Translations under genes and position numbers: made by a program | Shown: positions 1 through 8,939 of the stretch, in pieces | Position numbering within the stretch: the stretch's first letter is position 1 | Layout: every line of letters starts with the position of its first letter | Notes under the pieces: model-generated | Database searches by the model: none | What the model was told of the DNA's origin: nothing | Seen by the model: only the letters and a program-made list of their open reading frames with translations | Origin: Candidatus Angelobacter sp. | Lineage (GTDB): Bacteria; Acidobacteriota; Terriglobia; Terriglobales; Acidobacteriaceae | Direction: 5' to 3' | Length of the DNA: 58,093 nt | NCBI GenBank assembly: GCA_049688735.1 | Contig: JBAVLE010000402.1 | Coordinates: 1 to 58,093 of the forward strand

Positions 1-1135
1 GTTCAACCTTTTTGCTCTTCTCGCCTTCTTCGTCATAACTGTAATTGCCGCTCAGTTCCACGCCGTCCAGCTTCGCCAGTGTCGGATCGTCTTCCACGCT
101 CAAAAACTTCGGCAATACCGGCTGGCCGATCATCTTGGTAAATGTCTGGCCTTCGTTCTCTCCACGCTGCCTCTGTCCTTCCAACCGATGCCCCACCACC
201 TCATGGAAGAACACCGCCGCCGCGCGCCCGGAAAGCAAAGCTGGCCCGTTGAAAGGCTCCACCACCGGCGCTTTTTTCAGCTTTTGCAGGTCCTGCGCAA
301 TCTTCTCAATCTTCGCCGCCATCTCCTGCTCCGGCGCCAGCTTGTCAAACGTTGAAGCATCAAACGTTTCCGACCTGGCCAGTTCCATCCCATCGGACGA
401 GCGTGTGCTCCCCAACGCCAGCACCCGGATCAATGGACGCGAATCCACCAGCCGCGAGCCTTCGCTGGAAACAAAATACCGCGTCGTATCCTGCACCAGC
501 AGCACTACGGTAGAATTTTCAATGTCAGGATATTTCTTGAAGATTGAAGAAAGCCTGCGCACCCGCTCTTCCCACTCGTGCTGATCAAACTTGGGCGGAA
601 CAATTTCCTTCCCGATATATACCTGCGGCTTCTCCGCTGAAAAATCCGGAGACGAGTCCTCTTCATCCGCGCGGACCTTCGTATTGGTCTTCACCTCAAG
701 AAATCCCTGCGCGGCTTTCTTGTACATACGATCGGTGTTGATCCACAACACACGTGCAATCGCATCAGGCTTGTCTTCCAGTGGAAGTGAAGCCGTGGTA
801 ACGGCGTTAAAGCGGTTCTCGCCATGTGTGTTGTCCAGTTCGCGGCTGCCCACGCGAACAGACACATCCACCGTGCGATCATGGCGCTTGATGTTGGCCA
901 TCATCGCGCCATTGCTGGCCATGATGACGGAACCAAAATCTTCGTTTCCGGCATAGCTGATGAAATAAGGCGCAGGATCGGCCTTGCTCAGCGAACTCAT
1001 TGCGCGATCAAGTTCCTGCTGGAGCGTATGCAGCAATACCGGGTCATTGGCGCCGGCCGCGGCAGTCTGCCCCATGAGGGCAGGCGCAGACATAGAAAGG
1101 ACTACACAGAGAAAATATGATTTCAGAGATTGCAT
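1..1135 (-). CDS. TldD/PmbA-family metallopeptidase, partial (C-terminus beyond window start)
   Basis: Absent from the ORF track because it runs off the edge. Reverse translation from ATG at 1135 gives a signal-like MQSLKSYFLCVVLSMSAPALMGQ and later FFHEVVGHRLEG (HExxxH), typical of TldD-like peptidases. The plus-strand track ORFs here are antisense artefacts. Confidence 0.8.
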   Translation of the reverse strand, partial: MQSLKSYFLCVVLSMSAPALMGQTAAAGANDPVLLHTLQQELDRAMSSLSKADPAPYFISYAGNEDFGSVIMASNGAMMANIKRHDRTVDVSVRVGSRELDNTHGENRFNAVTTASLPLEDKPDAIARVLWINTDRMYKKAAQGFLEVKTNTKVRADEEDSSPDFSAEKPQVYIGKEIVPPKFDQHEWEERVRRLSSIFKKYPDIENSTVVLLVQDTTRYFVSSEGSRLVDSRPLIRVLALGSTRSSDGMELARSETFDASTFDKLAPEQEMAAKIEKIAQDLQKLKKAPVVEPFNGPALLSGRAAAVFFHEVVGHRLEGQRQRGENEGQTFTKMIGQPVLPKFLSVEDDPTLAKLDGVELSGNYSYDEEGEKSKKVE

Positions 1136-1210
1136 GGCTAAAAGAAGTGTACCTCAAGCTTTAGACACCGGAAATGTTACTTGGGTGTGGGGATACCCTC
1201 AATAAGGCAT

Positions 1211-1247
1211 TTACCGCAGAGGGCGCAGAGAACGCAGAGAAATCAGG
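1211..1247. repeat. B-family triple 9-mer repeat (CGCAGAG units), inverted copy just after the GxxExxY stop
   Basis: ttaccgcagagggcgcagagaacgcagagaaatcagg. Its reverse complement closely resembles 1621-1657. Confidence 0.6.
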
Positions 1248-1249
1248 CC

Positions 1250-1660
1250 CTAGAGACCGTTTACAATCCGCTTGTAACCATCCTTCAGGCGCAGCACGTG
1301 AAAGTTGATTAAAAGCCCAAGGTGTGTGTCGCTTAGCTTCAAATAGGAGAGCAGTTGTGCTTCATTGATTGGCAGCAATCTCTCAACAGCCTTGATTTCG
1401 ATTATTACTAAATCTTCGACAATCAGATCTATTCGATACGCAGCATCAACGCAGACGCCGCGGTACTTTATGGGAAGAGGAACTTGCGTCTGAATCCTTA
1501 AGCCGCGACTCGTTAATTCGTAGGCCAAACATGCTTGGTAGGCACTCTCCAGTAATCCTGGACCCAAGGCCGTATGCACGGCAATGGCGGCGTCCAGGAT
1601 GATGCCACTGATGTGGTTCTCTTTTTTCTCTGCGCCCTCTGCGTTCTCTGCGGTGAACAC
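1250..1660 (-). CDS. GxxExxY protein (PD-(D/E)XK nuclease superfamily)
   Basis: ILDAAIAVHTALGPGLLESAYQACLAYEL and IDLIVEDLVIIEIKAV match the GxxExxY family pattern. An in-frame GTG at 1660 overlaps the gcvPB stop (TAGTG) and gives about 136 aa. The track start at 1696 reads through a repeat and overlaps gcvPB. Confidence 0.8.
   Translation of the reverse strand: MFTAENAEGAEKKENHISGIILDAAIAVHTALGPGLLESAYQACLAYELTSRGLRIQTQVPLPIKYRGVCVDAAYRIDLIVEDLVIIEIKAVERLLPINEAQLLSYLKLSDTHLGLLINFHVLRLKDGYKRIVNGL
1621..1657. repeat. B-family triple 9-mer repeat, partner of 1211-1247
   Basis: cttttttctctgcgccctctgcgttctctgcggtgaa. Three CTCTGCG-type units end in GGTGA, in inverted orientation relative to 1211-1247. 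Confidence 0.6.
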
Positions 1661-3171
1661 TATTCCCCCGCACTCTTCGCCGACGCCGGCTTCCACCTCA
1701 AGATCGGTTTTCTTGCCGCAGCAGTTTCATCCAACCTCTTCACTCTCGTGGTGTGTGGCGCGTTCCTTACGAACTCCGGATCTTCCTCCGCTTCACGCGC
1801 GATTGACTTCATCGCGTCCACCAGCAAATCCAGCTCTTCCAGCGACTCGCTTTCCGTGGGCTCGATCATAATCGCACCATGCACCACCAGCGGGAACGAC
1901 ACTGTATAAGGATGGAAACCGTAATCGATCAGGCGCTTGGCAATGTCGCCGGTCTTTACGCCCTTTTGTTCCTGAATACTGTCGCTAAAGACCACTTCAT
2001 GCATCGAGGGGCTCTGATACGGCAAAGTGTAATCGCCTTCCAGCTTTTTACGAATGTAATTGGCATTCAGCACAGCGTCTTCCGTCGTCTGCCGCAGGCC
2101 GTCTGGCCCATTCGCCAGCGTGTAGGCAAGCGCGCGCACGTGCATGCCAAAGTTTCCGTAGAACATGCGCACCCGTCCTACCGACTTCGGCCGATCATAG
2201 TCGAACGCCAGCGTGCCGTCGGCACGCTCCACGATTACCGGCTTGGGCAAAAACGGCTCCAGAATTTTCTTGCAGGCCACGGGTCCCGATCCCGGCCCGC
2301 CACCGCCATGCGGCGTGGAAAAAGTTTTATGCAGGTTCAGGTGCATCACGTCCACACCAAAGTCGCCTGGACGCGTTTTGCCCACCAGCGCGTTCATGTT
2401 CGCGCCATCCATATATAGAAGACCGCCCTTCTGGTGAAGGATTTCGGCAATCTTGTGGATCTCCTGCTCAAAAATCCCCAGCGTGTTGGGATTGGTCAGC
2501 ATCAGCCCAGCGACGTCTTCATTCATCTGTGCCGCGAGCGCGCTCACGTCCACCATGCCGCGTGAGTTCGACTTCAAATTTTCCACCGCGTATCCGCAAA
2601 TGGCTGCTGTCGCGGGATTCGTGCCATGCGCCGAATCAGGAATCAGGATCTTCTTGCGCGGGTTCCCTTTTGACTGCAAATACGCATGCATCAACAAAAT
2701 TCCCGTCATCTCGCCATGCGCACCGGCAGCGGGTTGCAGCGTGATCGCATCCATGCCGGTGATGTCGAGCAGGCAATCGGAGAGCGTCTTCATCACGCGC
2801 ATTGCGCCCTGTGAAACTTCCGCCGGCTGGTACGGATGCGCGTTGGCCAGTCCTGGAAAGCGCGCCACAACTTCATTCACGCGCGCGTTGTACTTCATCG
2901 TGCACGACCCCAGCGGATACATCCCAAGATCGATCGCGTAATTCCAGGTGGAAAGCCGCGTAAAGTGCCGGATGATTTCCATCTCGCTCACCTCCGGCAT
3001 ATTCCCCAGGTCGGCGCGCGCAGATGTACCGAGAGCTTTTGCGTAATCAACCTCAGGAACATCCAGCGGCGCCAGCCGATATCCTTTCTTACCCGGTGAC
3101 GACCTTTCAAAAATCAGCCCTTCATTCTGGTTAACGTGGCGTGTGGCTTTCTTAATATCTTTGTTGCTCAT
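1660..3171 (-). CDS. gcvPB: glycine dehydrogenase (decarboxylating) subunit 2
   Basis: PLP-enzyme motifs [10 protein letters not shown] and [16 protein letters not shown]. Lies directly downstream of gcvPA. ATG at 3171 overlaps the gcvPA stop (ATGA), so the 21-codon track extension is trimmed. Confidence 0.93.
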   Translation of the reverse strand: MSNKDIKKATRHVNQNEGLIFERSSPGKKGYRLAPLDVPEVDYAKALGTSARADLGNMPEVSEMEIIRHFTRLSTWNYAIDLGMYPLGSCTMKYNARVNEVVARFPGLANAHPYQPAEVSQGAMRVMKTLSDCLLDITGMDAITLQPAAGAHGEMTGILLMHAYLQSKGNPRKKILIPDSAHGTNPATAAICGYAVENLKSNSRGMVDVSALAAQMNEDVAGLMLTNPNTLGIFEQEIHKIAEILHQKGGLLYMDGANMNALVGKTRPGDFGVDVMHLNLHKTFSTPHGGGGPGSGPVACKKILEPFLPKPVIVERADGTLAFDYDRPKSVGRVRMFYGNFGMHVRALAYTLANGPDGLRQTTEDAVLNANYIRKKLEGDYTLPYQSPSMHEVVFSDSIQEQKGVKTGDIAKRLIDYGFHPYTVSFPLVVHGAIMIEPTESESLEELDLLVDAMKSIAREAEEDPEFVRNAPHTTRVKRLDETAAARKPILRWKPASAKSAGE

Positions 3172-4493
3172 TGGCCCACCGCCTGCACTGCCGCGTCGAT
3201 CTGCTCTTTGCTGTTCATTTCGGTACAGCACCACAATGATGCATTGCCCAGTTCCGGATAATGCCAGCTCAGCGGGAAGCCGCCAATCATCTTCTTTTCC
3301 AGCAGGCGGCTGTTGATTGCATGCGCGTCGTCTTTCGTCTTCACCACAAACTCGTTGAAGCGCGGCGCGCCCTCAAAAAGGATCTTTCCCTTCTTTGCAA
3401 ACTCGTTCCGAGCATATGTCGCCTTAGCCAGATTCTGTGCGGCAAGCTCTTTTAGCCCTTCGCGGCCATAGATCGTAAGATAGATCGTTGCCATAGTGGC
3501 GATCAGCGCCTGATTGGTGCAGATGTTCGATGTAGCTTTCTCACGGCGAATATGCTGCTCGCGCGTAGAAAGCGTCAGCACGAACCCGCGTTTGCCGTCT
3601 TTATCTTTTGTCTCGCCCACCAACCGTCCCGGAATCTGGCGGACGAATTTCTCTTTCGTCGCCATCACACCGGCGTACGGCCCGCCGTACCCAAGCGGAA
3701 CACCAAAAGACTGCGTCTCCATCGACACAATGTCTGCCTCGACCGGCGGCTTCACAATTCCAAGCGACAACGCCTCGGCAATCGACACAATCAGCAGCGC
3801 GCCCTTTTTGTGGACCAAGTCAGCCACAGCGGTAACGTCTTCAATCGTGCCAAAGAAATTTGGCGATTGAATCAGCACACACGCTGTGTCTGCGGTAATT
3901 CTCTTTTCCAGATGGGTCAAATCGACCCGGCCGTTTTCCAGATAATCGCATTCCGTAATGGGCAGCCCCTGGTGCTGCGTGTACGTGTGCATCACCTCGC
4001 GGTATTCCGGATGCACGCTGCGCGCCACCACCGCCGCTTTTCTGCCGGTAATACGCACCGCCATCAGCATGGCTTCGGCAGCCCCGGTTGAGCCGTCATA
4101 CATTGAGGCGTTCGCTACTTCCATTCCAGTCAACTCGCAAATCATTGTCTGGAATTCAAAGATCGCTTGCAGCGTTCCCTGCGCGATCTCTGCCTGATAT
4201 GGCGTGTATGACGTTAAAAACTCGCCGCGAGAAACCATTGCGTCGATCACGACCGGACGATAGTGGTGGTAGGCGCCTGCGCCCAGAAACAGGCCATAAC
4301 CCGCGGCTGCGTTATCGGCGCGAGCATGGAAATAATCAATGATTTCCGACTCGGCCATCTGGCGCGGCACTTTCAGGTCGCGGTTCAGCCGGTATTCCGC
4401 CGGAATTGGCGCAAACAGGTCATCAACGGACTTGCATCCGATCTCGCGCAGCATCTGCGCCCGATCAGCGGGAGATTTGGGTAAGTAGCGCAT
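3168..4493 (-). CDS. gcvPA: glycine dehydrogenase (decarboxylating) subunit 1
   Basis: N-terminus [19 protein letters not shown] and overall similarity to the split P-protein alpha subunit. Operon context gcvH-gcvPA-gcvPB. Confidence 0.93.
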   Translation of the reverse strand: MRYLPKSPADRAQMLREIGCKSVDDLFAPIPAEYRLNRDLKVPRQMAESEIIDYFHARADNAAAGYGLFLGAGAYHHYRPVVIDAMVSRGEFLTSYTPYQAEIAQGTLQAIFEFQTMICELTGMEVANASMYDGSTGAAEAMLMAVRITGRKAAVVARSVHPEYREVMHTYTQHQGLPITECDYLENGRVDLTHLEKRITADTACVLIQSPNFFGTIEDVTAVADLVHKKGALLIVSIAEALSLGIVKPPVEADIVSMETQSFGVPLGYGGPYAGVMATKEKFVRQIPGRLVGETKDKDGKRGFVLTLSTREQHIRREKATSNICTNQALIATMATIYLTIYGREGLKELAAQNLAKATYARNEFAKKGKILFEGAPRFNEFVVKTKDDAHAINSRLLEKKMIGGFPLSWHYPELGNASLWCCTEMNSKEQIDAAVQAVGQ

Positions 4494-4505
4494 GCTTTTT
4501 TTTGC

Positions 4506-4673
4506 AATCCCGAACGCGCGTTCTTTGCGCGTGAGGGAGCCCTACAATCTTCTAAGCCTTTAAGGCCTATCGTTGTGGTCTCAAAAATCTTCTTTGTGGT
4601 TCTAGCGGTCCTCGCCACAAAGTTTCTCGCGGCTATAGGGCTCCCTCCCTTCGGCAAGCTCAGGGTCGGGATT
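4506..4673. repeat. A-family palindromic MITE/REP-like element between gcvH and gcvPA
   Basis: Left end is aatcccgaac...gtgagggagccctac. Right end is tagggctccctcccttcggcaagctcagggtcgggatt. The termini are inverted repeats. Confidence 0.7.
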
Positions 4674-4681
4674 TCAAAAAA

Positions 4682-5074
4682 CTACTTCTCTTCCGCCACG
4701 TATTTCTCGTAATCGTCAGCGGACATTAATCCATCCGCCTGGCCGGGGTTCGTCAGTTCCAACTTAATCATCCAGGCCTTGTGCGCGTCCTGGTTCACGG
4801 CTTCTGGCCCCTGGTTCAAGCTCTCATTGACCTCAACCACCTTGCCTGACGCCGGAGCATACAGCTCTGACACAGCCTTCACCGATTCCACTGTGCCAAA
4901 GCTCTTGCCTGCTTCCACCTGCGCGCCCACTTTTGGCAGTTCAACAAACACAATGTCTCCCAGCGACTCCTGCGCGTGGTCGGTAATGCCCACCGTGGCG
5001 GTGTTGCCCTTTACCTGAATCCATTCGTGCTCTTTGGTGTACTTATAATCTTTCGGATATGCCATTCGGTTCAT
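4682..5074 (-). CDS. gcvH: glycine cleavage system H protein
   Basis: Lipoyl-lysine motif GTVESVKAVSELYAP, about 130 aa, operon context. Confidence 0.93.
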   Translation of the reverse strand: MNRMAYPKDYKYTKEHEWIQVKGNTATVGITDHAQESLGDIVFVELPKVGAQVEAGKSFGTVESVKAVSELYAPASGKVVEVNESLNQGPEAVNQDAHKAWMIKLELTNPGQADGLMSADDYEKYVAEEK

Positions 5075-5127
5075 CCTGCCTGCAATTTAGATTTCTCTGG
5101 GATAACTGTTAGGACTCTGATTATTGA

Positions 5128-6270
5128 CTAAGCTTTTTTCGGGCGCTTATAAAACGGCGTTGGCACAACCTTGCACTTAACCTTCTGGCCTCTGATTTCC
5201 ACAAACATTTCGCGCCCGATCTCTGAATGCTGCAGTGGCACATATGCCAACGCAATGTTCTTCTTCAAAAACGGTGCTGGCGATCCGCTGGTCACGTAGC
5301 CGATTTCAGTTCCTGCGTCATCGAAAACCTTGTAACCATCGCGTGGAATTCCACGGTCCACGGCTTCCAGGCCCACCAGGATGCGCTTCACTCCGGCAGC
5401 CTTCACCTTTTCCAGCGCCGCTTTGCCAACAAAATCCGGCTTCTCCATCTTGCAGTAGCGATCCAGAGCAGCCTCAAAGACATTAATACTGTCAGAAATC
5501 TCATGGCCGTACAGCGCCATCTTGCCTTCCAACCGCAATGTGTTACGCGCGCCCAGCCCGCAAGGGACAAGACCAAACTCTTTTCCCGCTTCAGTCACTT
5601 CATTCCACACGCGCTCGCTTGTTGGGACGTCGGACGGAACGTAGATTTCGAATCCGTCTTCAGCCGTGTAACCCGTTCTGGCGACTAATGTGTTCGGCAG
5701 GTTGCAGACGGCCCCATGCTTGAACCAGTAATTTTTTATTTGTGAGAGATCCACATTCGTCAGCTTTTGCAGCGTGGCTTGCGCCTTGGGTCCCTGTATC
5801 GCGATTTGCGTGTAGTAGTCGCCCACATCGTCGGCATGGCAGCGGAACTTGCTCACGTTCTTGCGCACCCAGCTGTGGTCTTTTTCGCGCGTGCCTGCAT
5901 TGATCACCAGCAGGTAGTCGTTCTGTCCCATTTTGTGGACGATCACATCATCAACAAACGTCCCCTCGGGATAAAGCAGGGCTGAATAGTGTGCCTGGCC
6001 TTCCTGAAGCCGGGAAGCGTCATTCATGCTGATCCACTGCACGGCGTCCAGCGCCCGCGGCCCGCGGATCAGGATGTCGCCCATGTGTGAAACGTCAAAC
6101 ATCCCCACGCCTGTGCGTACAGCCAAGTGCTCTTTTACCAGTCCGCCGCTCGCGGGATACTCAACCGGCATGTCCCAGCCGCCAAAATCCACCATCTTGG
6201 CGCCGAGCTTACGGTGCGTCGCATTGAGCGCAGTCTTCCTGAGTGTCTGGCCTTCAGCGGTAGAAGACAA
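5128..6270 (-). CDS. gcvT: aminomethyltransferase (glycine cleavage T protein)
   Basis: HRKLGAKMVDFGGWDMPVEY and the rest are typical of GcvT. The track start at 6270 is TTG. Confidence 0.92.
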   Translation of the reverse strand: MSSTAEGQTLRKTALNATHRKLGAKMVDFGGWDMPVEYPASGGLVKEHLAVRTGVGMFDVSHMGDILIRGPRALDAVQWISMNDASRLQEGQAHYSALLYPEGTFVDDVIVHKMGQNDYLLVINAGTREKDHSWVRKNVSKFRCHADDVGDYYTQIAIQGPKAQATLQKLTNVDLSQIKNYWFKHGAVCNLPNTLVARTGYTAEDGFEIYVPSDVPTSERVWNEVTEAGKEFGLVPCGLGARNTLRLEGKMALYGHEISDSINVFEAALDRYCKMEKPDFVGKAALEKVKAAGVKRILVGLEAVDRGIPRDGYKVFDDAGTEIGYVTSGSPAPFLKKNIALAYVPLQHSEIGREMFVEIRGQKVKCKVVPTPFYKRPKKA

Positions 6271-6394
6271 ATGTTTTTCCCTTTCACCCCTTGGATACAG
6301 GCGACAGAGTTCGCCGGGGAGGACAGGCGAACCCTCAAGGTTAACATCCGCGTTTTACAGGGTCAATGAAGCGCTTAAAGCTTGTCAAAGCTCG

Positions 6395-6433
6395 TTAGAA
6401 ATGTCCCCTTGCTTAACTCATTAGAAATGTCCC
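6395..6433. promoter_or_regulatory. direct repeat TTAGAAATGTCCC x2 upstream of gcvT (candidate regulator site)
   Basis: Identical 13-mers at 6395-6407 and 6421-6433, about 125-165 bp upstream of the gcvT start on the other strand. Confidence 0.3.
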
Positions 6434-6582
6434 GTTTTTTGGATTGATGATATTCCACCTTTTTGTGAGCTTGATGCGGTTGCGTCGCGACTACCTCTGT
6501 TTGCCGCTTCCCGGCACTTACCGCAAGGCCATCGACCATCGGCCCCTTGCCCAGAAATCCCAAATCGCGATAATCTCCCGCC

Positions 6583-6771
6583 ATGGCCAAAGAATTCGTA
6601 TGCATGGTATGCGACCAGCCGGAAAGAAGTTGCTCCTGCAACAAGTACTGCGCGCTGTGCCAGGGCCTTTATGAAGTCCGCCTTTGCGAAGACGGCATTT
6701 ATTACTGCCGTCCCTGCCGTGAGGCGTGTGACCTTCAGGCCCAGGTCGGAGGCAAGAGTGCCAGCTGGTAA
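6583..6771 (+). CDS. small Cys-rich hypothetical protein (zinc-ribbon-like)
   Basis: 62 aa with Cys pairs CMVC, CSC, CALC and CRPC. Codon usage looks native. No strong SD. Confidence 0.4.
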   Translation: MAKEFVCMVCDQPERSCSCNKYCALCQGLYEVRLCEDGIYYCRPCREACDLQAQVGGKSASW

Positions 6772-6780
6772 CGGATTCTC

Positions 6781-6880
6781 AATTGGTAAGTGGGTAATTT
6801 GGTAATTTAGTGATTGAACAGCCTCTGGCGGACGAATGGCGATTCAATTACCCAATTACCAGATTATCCAATCACCAAAT
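6781..6880. repeat. D-family AT-rich inverted array (GGTAATT / AATTACC units)
   Basis: Arms 6781-6818 and 6843-6880 are imperfect reverse complements. Followed directly by B-type repeat 6881-6910 (tcctccgcgcctccgcgtccccgcggtgaa). Confidence 0.6.
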
Positions 6881-7669
6881 TCCTCCGCGCCTCCGCGTCC
6901 CCGCGGTGAAATCCCTCAGTACTACACCGCTCTCCTTGCCCGTTACGGCCCCCAGAACTGGTGGCCGGCACGTTCGCGTTTTGAAGTCATCGTGGGCGCT
7001 TATTTAACCCAGAACACGAACTGGAGCAACGTAGAAAAAGCTCTGCTCAATCTGCGCCGTGCCCGCCGCCTTAGCGTCAATGCCCTGCGCACAGTGCCGA
7101 TCGATGAACTCGAACAATTGATACGGCCTTCAGGCTACTTTCGCCAAAAAGCGCGGAATCTCAAAACGTTCATCGCCTTTCTCGATCGCCAATATTCCGG
7201 CTCGCTCAGCCGCATGTTCACCGAACCGACAGGCAAGCTTCGAGCGGAGCTGCTGGAACTCAACGGCGTCGGTCCTGAAACCGCCGACTCCATTCTGCTT
7301 TACGGCGGGAATCATCCTGTTTTTGTCGTGGACGCCTACACACGCCGGGTGCTGCTTCGCCACGGCATCATCGGCGAGAAAACCAGCTACGAAGAAATTC
7401 GCGCGATGTTTGAACTCGCCATCAGCAGCTCTGAAGCCGGGTCTCTCATCGTAAAAAACGCCCTCTCTGATCCGCGTCATCCGGTTTCGCGCATGAGCAG
7501 CTCTGCTCGCAGCGAGTTAGCGCAGCATTACAACGAACTGCATGCGTTGATCGTGAGGGTTGGGAATCATTATTGCCGGACAAAACCAATCTGCGAAGGT
7601 TGCCCCTTGCAAAAGTTTTTAAAAACTGGTTGTGGTGCAACGGCGGAAGAAGCCCCTGAATCCTATTAG
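6836..7669 (+). CDS. endonuclease III-related HhH-GPD DNA glycosylase family protein
   Basis: LARYGPQNWWPA, LNGVGPETADSILLYG, VVDAYTRRVL, and a C-terminal Cys loop CRTKPICEGCPLQKF. ATG at 6836 is the only in-frame start, so the first ~25 codons are repeat-derived. Confidence 0.8.
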   Translation: MAIQLPNYQIIQSPNSSAPPRPRGEIPQYYTALLARYGPQNWWPARSRFEVIVGAYLTQNTNWSNVEKALLNLRRARRLSVNALRTVPIDELEQLIRPSGYFRQKARNLKTFIAFLDRQYSGSLSRMFTEPTGKLRAELLELNGVGPETADSILLYGGNHPVFVVDAYTRRVLLRHGIIGEKTSYEEIRAMFELAISSSEAGSLIVKNALSDPRHPVSRMSSSARSELAQHYNELHALIVRVGNHYCRTKPICEGCPLQKFLKTGCGATAEEAPESY

Positions 7670-7714
7670 CAGGCAACGGAATGCCTGAATGAAATTTGCC
7701 TTGGGGGGTACAAG

Positions 7715-7867
7715 ATGCTTTTGCTCATCGGTATTGTTCTGTTCGTGCTTTGGATTCTGGGGTTCACCGCTTTTCACGTCGCAAGCGGCCTGATCCATCT
7801 GCTTCTGGTCTTTGCCGTGATCGCGATCATTTGGCATCTGGTGGCCGGAAGACGCGCAACGGTCTAA
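7715..7867 (+). CDS. lmo0937-family small membrane protein (50 aa)
   Basis: Below the track cutoff. ATG at 7715 follows GGGGGGTACAAG. MLLLIGIVLFVLWILGFTAFHVASGLIHLLLVFAVIAIIWHLVAGRRATV has two hydrophobic helices and a GRR tail. A terminator follows. Confidence 0.65.
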   Translation: MLLLIGIVLFVLWILGFTAFHVASGLIHLLLVFAVIAIIWHLVAGRRATV

Positions 7868-7888
7868 CATCCTGCGCTGAATGCACTG

Positions 7889-7920
7889 CCTGGCCCGATA
7901 GCTCGGGCCAGTTTGTTTTT
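7889..7920 (+). terminator. rho-independent terminator
   Basis: cctggcccga-tag-ctcgggccag followed by tttgttttt. Confidence 0.7.
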
Positions 7921-7984
7921 ACTGGAGAATTTTGACTAACCCGTGCGGAACTCCGCTGCGGAATTGCCCTTTTAAAGAAAGGGG

Positions 7985-8830
7985 CTACGCCGGCCACATC
8001 TCCAGCGCTGTTTTACTTAATATCTGTTCTTTGACTGGATCAGGCAGCGCCAGCGCCTGGAACTGATCCAGATTTTGCTTGATGTCGGGAATTCCCGGGC
8101 TAGGCCAGTCGGTGCCGAATAATGTTTTGTGCGCGATCTCTTCCAGACGCGGAAAATACTTCAGCAAAATCTTCGGTGGAATTCCGCTGATGTCCAAGTG
8201 TACGTTCTTGTGCCTGCGCAGCAGGAAGAACGCCGTCTGCATCCAGATGGGCCGGCCGCCATGGGCCATAAGAATTTTGAGCTTGGGAAAATCCACCGCC
8301 ACGTCATCCAGATAAATAGGGTCGCCAAACTTGTTCCGCGCCGCCGGAAAGATCGACGTTCCCGTGTGGATCATCACTGGAATTCCGTTCGCTTCCGCCG
8401 CCCGATAAATTGTCTCCAGTTCTTTCATCCCATTCAAATAGTCATTGGCATAAAGCAACTGGTGCGGCGGATGAATCTTAATGAGCCGAATTCCCAGGCG
8501 TACAAGGTTGTCCATTTCAGCCTGCACGTTCAGTGAATGCCGCGGATGCACGCTGCCACACGAGAGCAGCCGCTTCGGATTCTCCCTGCAGTAATCTGCC
8601 ACCCACGGATTCACGTCGTGGGTAAAGCCCATCGTCTCCGGCGCAACATAATTAATGAGCACCGCGCGCTCCACGCCAATGGAATCCATATACTTCAGCA
8701 GCGCCTTGGGCGACCGGCAATATTCCAGGATGTCCTCATAATGACCACGGGCCTTCTTCATCACCTCAAGCGGCCCGGCCTTGAACATTTCGACGGGTTG
8801 TATGTGGATGTGGCAGTCAGTGATCGTCAT
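7985..8830 (-). CDS. amidohydrolase-2 family metal-dependent hydrolase/decarboxylase
   Basis: N-terminal DCHIHI metal motif, later HTGTS and AHGG. TIM-barrel amidohydrolase pattern. Last gene of the Mo-enzyme transcription unit. Confidence 0.8.
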   Translation of the reverse strand: MTITDCHIHIQPVEMFKAGPLEVMKKARGHYEDILEYCRSPKALLKYMDSIGVERAVLINYVAPETMGFTHDVNPWVADYCRENPKRLLSCGSVHPRHSLNVQAEMDNLVRLGIRLIKIHPPHQLLYANDYLNGMKELETIYRAAEANGIPVMIHTGTSIFPAARNKFGDPIYLDDVAVDFPKLKILMAHGGRPIWMQTAFFLLRRHKNVHLDISGIPPKILLKYFPRLEEIAHKTLFGTDWPSPGIPDIKQNLDQFQALALPDPVKEQILSKTALEMWPA

Positions 8831-8939
8831 CAGTTTTTAGTAGTTAGTACTTGGTAATTAGAAAATTTCAAAAGTGTGAAGTGACCATTTCCTTCTCGAG
8901 ACTTAAGCTAAATACCAATTACTAAATACTAACTACTGG
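8831..8939. repeat. D-family AT-rich inverted array
   Basis: Arms agtagttagtacttggtaattag (8838-8861) and ctaaataccaattactaaatactaactact (8908-8937). Fills the gap between the FAD-subunit stop and the amidohydrolase start. Confidence 0.6.

Noticed and set aside
45-1205. Plus-strand track ORFs (45-584, 591-956, 824-1120 and others) at the window start.
   Set aside because: They are antisense to a continuous, clearly TldD-like minus-strand frame that runs off the window. Their peptides are low-complexity Ser/Ala/Arg-rich, as expected for GC-rich antisense frames.
6271-6400. Glycine riboswitch upstream of gcvT.
   Set aside because: Only short fragments of the conserved core are present on the correct strand. 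There is too little sequence between the plausible promoter and the start codon for a full aptamer plus expression platform. A covariance-model search is needed, so I do not call it.
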